Assembly (NCBI GenBank): GCA_964016885.1
Contig: OZ024744.1
Location: 6,076,001-6,140,000, forward strand
Direction: 5' to 3'
Origin: Eledone cirrhosa
Taxonomy: Eukaryota
DNA: 64,000 nucleotides
Shown: positions 51,525 through 64,000 of the stretch, piece after piece
Numbering within the stretch: the first letter of the stretch is position 1
Layout of the letters: each line of letters starts with the position of its first letter
Translations under genes and position numbers: made by a program
The notes under the pieces: model-generated
The model's database searches: none
Told to the model about the DNA's origin: nothing
The model's input: only the letters and a program-made list of their open reading frames with translations

Positions 51525-53690
51525 CCAACAGCACCACCAACACCAACACCACCACCAATACCACCACCAATACCACCACCAACACCAACACCAATACCAC
51601 CACCAACACCAACACCACGACCAACACCAACACCACCACCAACAACACAACCAACACCAACACCACCACCAACACCAACACCATCACCAACACCAACATC
51701 ACAACCAACACCACCACCAACACCAACACCATCACCAACACCAACACCAAAACCACCACCATCACCAACACCACCACCAACACCATCACCAACACCACCA
51801 CCAGCAACAAAACCACCATCATCAACACCAACACCGCCACCAATACCAACAACAACACCACCACCAACAGCAACACCAACACCAACACCAACACCACCAC
51901 CAGCAACAACACCAACACCAACACCACCACCACTAACCATCACCAACACCACCACCAACACCACCAGCATCACCAACACCACCACCAACACCACCACCAA
52001 CACCATCACCACCACCAAAACCACCACCAACACCATCCAACAACACCATCACCAACACCACCACCAACACCATCACCACCACCAACACCACCACCAACGC
52101 CATCACCAACACCACCACCAACACCACCACCAACACCAACACCACCACCAACACCACCACCAACACCACCTCCAATACCAACACCAACACCACCACCGAC
52201 ACCACCACCAACACCAACACCAATACCATCACCAACAACAACACCACCAACAACAGCACCACCAACACCACCACCATGACCAACACCACCACTAACATTA
52301 CCACCAACACCACCAACACCACCACCACCACCAACACCAACACCACCATCACCAACATCACCACCATAACCAACATCACCACCAACACCAAAACCACCAC
52401 CACCACCAACAACAACAGCAACAACACCACCAACACCACCACCAACACCATCACCAACGTAAATACCAACACCAACACCAACACCAACACCACCACCAAC
52501 ACCAACACCAACACCACCACCAACACCACCACCATCACCAACACCACCACCAACACCACCACCAACACCACCAACACCAACACCATCACCAACACCACCA
52601 CCAACACCACCAACAGCACCACCAACACCAACACCACCACCAATACCACCACCAATACCACCACCAACACCAACACCAATACCACCACCAACACCAACAC
52701 CACGACCAACACCAACACCACCACCAACAACACAACCAACACCAACACCACCACCAACACCAACACCATCACCAACACCAACATCACAACCAACACCACC
52801 ACCAACACCAACACCATCACCAACACCAACACCAAAACCACCACCATCACCAACACCACCACCAACACCATCACCAACACCACCACCAGCAACAAAACCA
52901 CCATCATCAACACCAACACCGCCACCAATACCAACAACAACACCACCACCAACAGCAACACCAACACCAACACCAACACCACCACCAGCAACAACACCAA
53001 CACCAACACCACCACCACTAACCATCACCAACACCACCACCAACACCACCAGCATCACCAACACCACCACCAACACCACCACCAACACCATCACCACCAC
53101 CAAAACCACCACCAACACCATCCAACAACACCATCACCAACACCACCACCAACACCATCACCACCACCAACACCACCACCAACGCCATCACCAACACCAC
53201 CACCAACACCACCACCAACACCAACACCACCACCAACACCACCACCAACACCACCTCCAATACCAACACCAACACCACCACCGACACCACCACCAACACC
53301 AACACCAATACCATCACCAACAACAACACCACCAACAACAGCACCACCAACACCACCACCATGACCAACACCACCACTAACATTACCACCAACACCACCA
53401 ACACCACCACCACCACCAACACCAACACCACCATCACCAACATCACCACCATAACCAACATCACCACCAACACCAAAACCACCACCACCACCAACAACAA
53501 CAGCAACAACACCACCAACACCACCACCAACACCATCACCAACGTAAATACCAACACCAACACCAACACCAACACCACCACCAACACCAACACCAACACC
53601 ACCACCAACACCACCACCATCACCAACACCACCACCAACACCACCACCAACACCACCAACACCAACACCATCACCAACACCACCACCAAC
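51525..53690. repeat. 1085-bp-period tandem duplication
   Basis: CTAACCATC 51933/53018, ATG 52276/53361, GTAAATA 52459/53544. Confidence 0.9.
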
Positions 53691-56600
53691 ACCAACACCA
53701 CCACCAACATAAATACCAACACCAACACCACCACCAACACCACCACCAACACCAACACCACCACCAACACCACCACCATCACCAACACCACCACCAATAC
53801 CAACACCATCATCAACACCACCACCAACACCACCACCAAAACCATCACCAACACCACCACCACCACCAACACCACCAACAACACCACCACCATCACCTAC
53901 ACCAACACCAACACCAACACCATCACCAACACCATCACCAACAACACCACCAACACCAACACCAACACCAACACCAACACCACCACCATCACCAACACCA
54001 CCAACAACAACAGAACCAACACCAACACCAACACCATCACCAAAACCACAACCACCAACACCACCACCAACATCAGCACCAACACCAACACCACCACCAT
54101 CACCAACACCACCACCACCACCAACACCACCACCAACAACACCACCAACACCACCACCAACAACAACACCACGACCAATACCAACACCACCACCATCATC
54201 CACACCACCACCAACACCACCACCAACACCACCCCCAACACCAACAACAGCAGCAACACCACCACCAACACAAACACCAACACCAACACCACCACCAACA
54301 CCAACACCAACACCAACACCACCACCAAGACCACCACCATCATCAACACCACCACCAACACCGCCACCAACATCAACACCACACCAACACCACCACCAAC
54401 AACACCACCAACACCACCACCAACACCAACACCAACACCACCATCAACACCACTACCAACACCAACACCACCACCAACACCACGACCATCACCAACACCA
54501 CCACCAACACCACCACCAACATCACCACCAACACCACCACCAACACCAACACCAACACCAACACCACCACCAACACCACCACTAACACCACCACCATCAT
54601 CAAAACCACCACCAACACCACCACCAACACAAACACCAACACCAACACCAACACCACCACCAACACCAACACCAACACCAACACCGCCACTAACACTAAC
54701 ACCACCAACACCGCCACCAACACCAACACCACACCAACACCACCACCAGCACCAACACCATCACCCACAACATCACCAACACCACCACCACCATCACCAA
54801 CACCACCAACATCACCACCACCAACACCACCACCATCACCATCACCAACGCCACCACCATCACCAACACCATCACCAACACCACTACCAACACCATCACC
54901 CGCACCACCACCACCAACAACATCAACACCAACACCACCACCAACACCAACACCATCACCATCACCAACACCAACATCACAACCAACACCACCACCAACA
55001 CCAACACCAACACCATCACGAACGCCACCACCACCACCATCACCAACACCACCAACATCACCATCACCAACACCACCACCATCACCAAGACCAACACCAT
55101 CACCACCACCACCACCATCACCACCATCACGAAGACCAACACCATCACCAACACCATTACCAGCACCAACACCACCACAACACCAGCACCATCACCAACA
55201 CCACCACCAACACCAACACCACCACCAACACCACCACCAACACAAAACCATCACCAACACCACCACCAACACCACCACCAACACCACCACCAACACCACC
55301 ACCATCACCAACACCGCCACCACCACCATCACCAACACCACCACCAACACCACCACCATCAACAACAACACCACCAACACCACCACCACTACCAACACCA
55401 CCACCAACACCAACACCATCACCAACACCACCACCAAGACCAACACCACCACCAACACCACCACCATCACCAACACCACCACCAACACCACCACAACACC
55501 ATCACCAACACCACCACCAACACCACCACCATCACCAACATCACCAGCAACACCACCACCAACACCAACACCACCACCAACACCAACACCAACACCTCCA
55601 CCATCACCAACACCACCACCAACAGCACCACCAACACCACCACCATCACCAACACCTCCACCAACACCATCACCAACACCACCACCAACACCACCAACAT
55701 CAACAACACCACCACCAACACCACCAACACCACCAACGCCACCACCAACACGACCACCAACACCATCACCAACACCACCACCAACACCAACAGCACAACC
55801 AACACCACAACCAACACCAACACCTACACCACCACCAACACCAACAACAACACCACCACCAACACGACCACCAACACCACTACCGACAACACCACCAACA
55901 CCAACACCACCACCAACACCAACACCACCACCAACACCACCACCAACACCAACACCACCACCAACACCACCACCAACACCAACACCAACACCATCATCAA
56001 CACCACCGCCAACACCAACACCACCACCACCACCAACACCAACACCAACACCAACACCACCACCAACAACAACAACACCAACACCAACACCAACACCAAC
56101 ACCAACACCAATACCACCACCAACACCACCACCACCACCAACACCACCACCATCATCAACACCACCACCACCAACACCCCCACCAACAGCACCACCAACA
56201 CCAACACCACCACAAATACCACCACCAATACCACCACCAACACCAACACCAATACCACCACCAACACCAACACCACGACCAACACCAACACCACCACCAA
56301 CAACACAACCAACACCAACACCACCACCAACACCAAAACCATCACCAACACCAACATCACAACCAACACCACCACCAACACCAACACCATCACCAACACC
56401 AACACCAAAACCACCACCATCACCAACACCACCACCAACACCATCACCAACACCACCACCAGCAACAAAACCACCATCATCAACACCAACACCGCCACCA
56501 ATACCAACAACAACACCACCACCAACAGCAACACCAACACCAACACCAACACCACCACCAGCAACAACACCAACACCAACACCACCACCACTAACCATCA

Positions 56601-59600
56601 CCAACACCACCACCAACACCATCCAACAACACCATCACCAACACCACCACCAACACCATAACCACCACCAACACCACCACCAACGCCATCACCAACACCA
56701 CCACCAACACCACCACCAACACCAACACCACCACCAACACCACCACCAACAACACCACCAACACCACCAGCAACAACACCACCACCACCACCAACACCAC
56801 CTCCAATACCAACACCAACACCACCACCGACACCACCACCAACACCAACACCAATACCATCACCAACAACAACACCACCAACAACAGCACCACCAACACC
56901 ACCACCATGACCAACACCACCACTAACATTACCACCAACACCACCAACACCACCACCACCACCAACACCAACACCACCATCACCAACATCACCACCATAA
57001 CCAACATCACCACCAACACCAAAACCACCACCACCACCAACAACAACAGCAACAACACCACCAACACCACCACCAACACCATCACCAACATAAATACCAA
57101 CACCAACACCACCACCAACACCACCACCAGCACCAACACCAACACCACCACCAACACCACCACCATCACCAACACCACCACCAACACCACCACCAACACC
57201 ACCAACACCAACACCATCACCAACACCACCACCAACACCAACACCACCACCAACATAAATACCAACACCAACACCACCACCAACACCACCACCAACACCA
57301 ACACCACCACCAACACCACCACCAACACCAACACCAACACCACCACCAACAACACCACCATCACCAACACCACCACCAATACCAACACCATCATCAACAC
57401 CACCACCAACACCACCACCAACACCATCACCAACACCACCACCACCACCAACACCACCACCAACACCACCACCATCACCTACACCAACACCAACACCAAC
57501 ACCATCACCAACACCATCACCAACAACACCACCAACACCAACACCAACACCAACACCAACACCACCACCATCACCAACACCACCAACAACAACAGAACCA
57601 ACACCAACACCAACACCATCACCAAAATCACAACCACCAACACCACCACCAACATCAGCACCAACACCAACACCACCACCATCACCAACACCACCACCAA
57701 CACCACCACCAACAACACCACCAACACCACCACCAACAACAACACCACGACCAATACCAACACCACCACCATCATCCACACCACCACCAACACCACCACC
57801 AACACCACCCCCAACACCAACAACAGCAGCAACACCACCACCAACACAAACACCAACACCAACACCACCACCAACACCAACACCAACACCAACACCACCA
57901 CCAAGACCACCACCATCATCAACACCACCACCAACACCGCCACCAACATCAACACCACACCAACACCACCACCAACAACACCACCAACACCACCACCAAC
58001 ACCAACACCAACACCACCATCAACACCACTACCAACACCAACACCACCACCAACACCACGACCATCACCAACACCACCACCAACACCACCACCAACACCA
58101 CCACCAACACCACCACCAACACCACCACCATCACCAACACCTCCACCAACACCATCACCAACACCACCACCAACACCACCAACATCAACAACACCACCAC
58201 CAACACCACCAACACCACCAACGCCACCACCAACACGACCACCAACACCATCACCAACACCACCACCAACACCAACACCACAACCAACACCACAACCAAC
58301 ACCAACACCTACACCACCACCAACACCACCACCATCACCAACACCACCACCAACAACACAACCAACACCACCACCATCACCAACACCATCACCAATACCA
58401 CCACCAACAACACCACCAACACCAACACCACCAGCATCACAACACCACCACCATCACCAACACCAACACCAACACCAACACCATCACCAAGACCAACACC
58501 ATCACCAACACCATCAACAACACCAACACCACCACCAACACCACCACCAACACCACCACCATCAACAACACCACAACCAACACCACAACCAACACCAACA
58601 CCTAGACCAACACCAACACCACCAGCATCACCAACACCACCGCCATCACCAACACCACCACCAACACCACCACCATCACCAACACCACCACCAACACCAA
58701 CACCATCACCAACACCAACACCAAAACCACCACCATCACCAACACCACCACCAACACCATCACCAACACCACCACCAGCAACAACACCACCATCATCAAC
58801 ACCAACACCGCCACCAATACCAACACCAACACCACCACCAACAGCAACACCAACACCAACACCAACACCACCACCAGCAACAACACCAACAACAACACCA
58901 CCACCACCACCATCACCAACACCACCACCAACACCACCAGCATCACCAACACCACTACCAACACCACCACCAACACCATCACCACCACCAACACCACCAC
59001 CAACACCATCCAACAACACCATCACCATCACCAACACCATCACCACCACCAACGCCACCACCAACACCACCACCAACACCACCACCAACACCAGCACCAC
59101 CACCAACACCACCACCAACAACACCACCAACACCACCACCAACAACACCACCACCACCACCAACACCACCTCCAATACCAACACCAACACCACCACCGAC
59201 ACCACCACCAACACCAACACCAATACCATCACCAACAACAACACCACCAACAACAGCACCACCAACACCACCACCATGACCAACACCACCACTAACATTA
59301 CCACCAACACCACCAACACCACCACCACCACCAACACCAACACCACCATCACCAACATCACCACCAGAACCAACATCACCACCAACACCAAAACCACCAC
59401 CACCACCAACAACAACAGCAACAACACCACCAACACCACCACCAACACCATCACCAACATAAATACCAACACCAACACCACCACCAACACCACCACCAAC
59501 ACCAACACCACCACCAACACCACCACCAACACCAACACCAACACCACCACCAACACCACCACCATCACCAACACCACCACCAACACCACCACCAACACCA

Positions 59601-60869
59601 CCACCAACACCAACACCATCACCAACACCACCACCAACACCAACACCACCACCAACATAAATACCAACACCAACACCACCACCAACACCACCACCAACAC
59701 CAACACCACCACCAACACCACCACCAACACCAACACCAACACCACCACCAACACCACCACCATCACCAACACAACCACCAATACCAACAACATCATCAAC
59801 ACCACCACCAACACCACCACCAACACCATCACCAACACCACCACCACCACCAACACCACCACCAGCACCACCACCATCACCTACACCAACACCAACAACA
59901 ACACCATCGCCAACACCATCACCAACAACACCACCAACACCAACACCAACACCAACACCAACACCAACACCACCACCATCACCAACACCACCAACAACAA
60001 CAGAACCAACACCAACACCAAGACCATCACCAAAGCCACAACCACCAACACCACCACCAACATCAGCACCAACACCAACACCACCACCATCACCAACACC
60101 ACCACCACCAACAACAACACCACCAACAACACCACCAACACCACCACCAACAACAACACCACGACCAATACCAACACCACCACCAACACCAACAACAACA
60201 CCACCACCAACACGACCACCAACACCACTACCTACAACACCACCAACACCAACACCACCACCAACACCAACACCACCACCAACACCACCACCAACACCAA
60301 CACCACCACCAACACCACCACCAACACCAACACCAACACCATCATCAACAACACCGCCAACACCAACACCACCACCGCCACCAACACCAACACCAACACC
60401 AACACCACCACCAACAACAACAACAACACCAACACCAACACCAACACCACCACCAACACCAATACCACCACCAACACCAACACCACCACCAACACCACCA
60501 CCATCATCAACACCACCACCACCAACACCCCCACCAACACCAACACCAACACCAACACCACCACCAATACCACCACCAATACCACCACCAACACCAACAC
60601 CAATACCACCACCAACACCAACACCACGACCAACACCAACACCACCACCAACAACACAACCAACACCAACACCACCACCAACACCAACACCATCACCAAC
60701 ACCAACATCACATCCAACAACACCACCAACACCAACACCATCACCAACACCAACACCAAAACCACCACCATCACCAACACCACCACCAACAGCATCACCA
60801 ACACCACCACCAGCAACAACACCACCATCATCAACACCAACACCGCACCAATACCAACACCAACACCAC

Positions 60870-63800
60870 CACCAACAGCAACACCAACACCAACACCAAC
60901 ACCACCACCAGCAACAACACCAACACCAACACCACCACCACCACCATCACCAACACCACCATCAACACCACCAGCATCACCAACACCACCACCAACACCA
61001 CCACCAACACCATCACCACCACCAACACCACCACCAACACCATCCAACAACACCATCACCATCACCAACACCACCACCAACACCATCACCACCACCGACA
61101 CCACCACCAACGCCACCACCAACACCACCACCAACACCACCACCAACACCAACACCACCACCAACACCACCAACAACAACACCACCAACACCACCACCAA
61201 CAACACCACCACCACCACCAACACCACCTCCAATACCAACACCAACACCACCACCGACACCACCACGAACACCAACACCAATACCATCACCAACAACAAC
61301 ACCACCAACAACAGCACCACCAACACCACCACCATGACCAACACCACCACTATCATTACCACCAACACCACCAACACCACCACCACCACCAACACCAACA
61401 CCACCATCACCAACACCACCACCAACACCACCACCATCACCAACACCGCCACCACCACCATCACCAACACCACCACCAACACCACCACCATCAACAACAC
61501 CACCACCAACACCACCACCACTACCAACACCACCACCAACACCAACACCATCACCAACACCACCACCAAGACCAACACCACCACCAACACCACCACCATC
61601 ACCAACACCACCACCAACACCACCACAACACCATCACCAACACCACCACCAACACCACCACCATCACCAACATCACCAGCAACACCACCACCAACACCAA
61701 CACCACCACCAACACCAACACCAACACCACCACCAACACAAAACCATCACCAACACCACCACCAACAGCACCACCAACACCACCACCATCACCAACACCT
61801 CCACCAACACCATCACCAACACCACCACCAACACCACCAACATCAACAACACCACCACCAACATCACCAACACCACCAACGCCACCACCAACACGACCAC
61901 CAACACCATCACCAACACCACCACCAACACCAACACCACAACCAACACCACAACCAACACCAACACCTACACCACCACCAACACCACCACCATCACCAAC
62001 ACCACCACCAAAAACAAAACCAACACCACCACCATCACCAACACCATCACCAATACCACCACCAACAACACCACCAACACCAACACCACCAGCATCACAA
62101 CACCACCACCATCACCAACACCAACACCAACACCAACACCATCACCAAGACCAACACCATCACCAACACCATCAACAACACCAACACCACCACCAACACC
62201 ACCACCAACACCACCACCATCAACAACACCACAACCAACACCACAACCAACACCAACACCTAGACCAACACCAACACCACCAGCATCACCGACACCACCG
62301 CCATCACCAACACCACCACCAACACCACCACCAACACCACCACCAACACCAACACCAACACCATCACCAACACCAACACCAATACCATCACCAACACCAA
62401 CACCACCACCACCATCACCAACAACGCCACCTACACCGCCACCAACACCACCACCAACACCATCAACTGCACCACCACCACCAACAACACCAACACCAAC
62501 ACCACCACCAACACCAACACCATCACCAACACCAACATCACAACCAACACCACCACCAACACCAACACCATCACCAACACCAACACCAAAACCACCACCA
62601 TCACCAACACCACCACCAACACCATCACCAACACCACCACCAGCAACAACACCACCATCATCAACACCAACACCGCCACCAATACCAACACCAACACCAC
62701 CACCAACAGCAACACCAACACCAACACCAACACCACCACCAGCAACAACACCAACACCAACACCACCACCACCACCATCACCAACACCACCACCAACACC
62801 ACCAGCATCACCAACACCACCACCAACACCACCACCAACACCATCACCACCACCAACACCACCACCAACACCATCCAACAACACCATCACCATCACCAAC
62901 ACCACCACCAACACCATCACCACCACCGACACCACCACCAACGCCACCACCAACACCACCACCAACACCACCACCAACACCAACACCACCACCAACACCA
63001 CCACTAACAACACCACCAACACCACCACCAACAACACCACCACCACCACCAACACCACCTCCAATACCAACACCAACACCACCACCAAACACCACCACGA
63101 ACACCAACACCAATACCATCACCAACAACAACACCACCAACAACAGCACCACCAACACCACCACCATGACCAACACCACCACTAACATTACCACCAACAC
63201 CACCAACACCACCACCACCACCAACACCAACACCACCATCACCAACACCACCACCAACACCACCACCATCACCAACACCGCCACCACCACCATCACCAAC
63301 ACCACCACCAATACCACCACCATCAACAACACCACCACCAACACCACCACCATCACCAACACCAACACCAACACCAACACCATCACCAAGACCAACACCA
63401 TCACCAACACCATCAACAACACCAACACCACCACCAACACCACCACCAACACCACCACCATCAACAACACCACAACCAACACCACAACCAACACCAACAC
63501 CTAGACCAACACCAACACCACCAGCATCACCAACACCACCGCCATCACCAACACCACCTCCAACACCACCACCAACACCACCACCAACACCAACACCAAC
63601 ACCATCACCAACACCAACACCAATACCATCACCAACACCAACACCACCACCACCATCACCAACAACGCCACCTACACCGCCACCAACACCACCACCAACA
63701 CCATCAACTGCTCCACCACCACCAACAACACCAACACCAACACCACCACCAACACCAACACCATCACCAACACCAACACCAAAACCACCACCATCACCAA

Positions 63801-64000
63801 CACCACCACCAACACCATCACCAACACCACCACCAGCAACAACACCACCATCATCAACACCAACACCGCCACCAATACCAACACCAACACCACCACCAAC
63901 AGCAACACCAACACCAACACCAACACCACCACCAGCACCAACACCACCACCAACACCACCAGCATCACCAACACCACCACCAACACCACCACCAACACCA
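60870..64000. repeat. Overlapping 1832-bp and 1241-bp-spaced duplications at the right end
   Basis: ATG 61334/63166 with shared ACCACGAACACC. CTAG 62260/63501 with shared ATCAACTGC (~62462/63703). Confidence 0.75.

Larger units (their letters stand above)
1..64000. repeat. Degenerate (ACC/AAC/ATC)n satellite array, base unit ~ACCA[A/C/T]C, extending past both window ends
   Basis: Every line parses into ACC, AAC and ATC triplets with sparse variants (AGC, ACT, ACA, ACG, AAG, AAT, ATT, GCC, GAC, TCC, TAC, CGC). No unique-sequence interruption and no strand inversion seen. Confidence 0.99.
34041..64000. repeat. Domain IV: module B type 2 array with ~3.5 kb higher-order periodicity
   Basis: Landmark CTAACCATC at 34802, 37866, 41470, 45072, 48574, 51933, 53018 and 56591 (spacings 3064, 3604, 3602, 3502, 3359, 1085, 3573). 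Private variants include AGCAACAAAACC, AACAGAACC, CATCCAACAAC and AACGTAAATA. Confidence 0.8.

Noticed and set aside
13769-63504. Giant + strand ORFs (up to 1781 aa) resembling mucin, extensin or His/Gln-rich proteins
   Set aside because: ACC/AAC/ATC give no stop codon in any + frame. Nearly all these ORFs start at the same repeated ATG variant and drift through T/N, P/T and H/Q phases at register breaks. Repeated modules contain stops in all three phases (ACC TAG ACC; CCA TGA; CAC TAA). Most duplication periods (176, 269, 473, 1085, 1241, 1832, 3064, 3604, 4001, 11548) are not multiples of 3.
1378-63963. Many co-oriented E. coli Chi sites (CCACCAGC = reverse complement of GCTGGTGG)
   Set aside because: They arise from a single ACC/AAC->AGC change in an ACC run and are then amplified with the modules. 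Nothing indicates an enterobacterial origin.
262-63998. Minus-strand poly-Val/Leu/Met 'membrane' ORFs and Gly/Val 'elastin/silk-like' ORFs
   Set aside because: These are automatic translations of GTG/TTG/ATG and GGT/GTT/GAT. They overlap in multiple frames, include hundreds of uninterrupted hydrophobic residues, and have no domains.
1-64000. CRISPR-like repeat/spacer array
   Set aside because: There is no constant 23-50 nt repeat separated by unique spacers. All intervening sequence is the same low-complexity alphabet, and there are no cas-like ORFs.
1-64000. Canonical telomerase-synthesised repeat (CCCTAA, C1-3A, CCCCAA)
   Set aside because: C runs are almost always 2 or fewer and no canonical unit is present. 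Rare variants are copied in kb-scale blocks, which a short RNA template would not produce.
1-64000. Pure sequencing noise or synthetic low-complexity artefact
   Set aside because: Ordered rare variants recur in homologous positions with graded divergence and positional clustering, as expected for an evolved array. Individual duplications could still be misassembled.
1-64000. Hairpins, terminators, tRNA/rRNA, terminal inverted repeats or LTRs
   Set aside because: An A/C-only strand has essentially no self-complementarity, and I saw no inverted segments or complex sequence.

Overview
The whole 64 kb window is one continuous, single-orientation, low-complexity tandem array. The + strand is almost entirely A and C, built from the triplets ACC, AAC and ATC, which mostly fit a hexamer ACC-A(A/C/T)C. 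The - strand reads GGT/GTT/GAT. I can support no protein-coding gene, RNA gene, transposon or CRISPR array. The very long ORFs (T/N/I, P/T/S and H/Q on +; V/L/M and G/V on -) are what this triplet alphabet gives by default, and most duplication periods in the array are not multiples of 3. The array is not random, though. Rare variant triplets and 1-nt register breaks act as barcodes that reveal a hierarchy: hexamer, then 0.25-1 kb modules (called A-E here), then tandem duplications of about 0.2-4 kb, a ~3.5 kb higher-order period over 34-57 kb, an ~11.5 kb-spaced copy, and alternating domains 9-30 kb long. The best reading is a complex, microsatellite-derived satellite with higher-order repeats, probably eukaryotic. 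The organism and chromosomal context (subtelomere, heterochromatin, giant intron) cannot be determined from this window. All counts and boundaries were read by eye from landmarks and the ORF track, so they are approximate.
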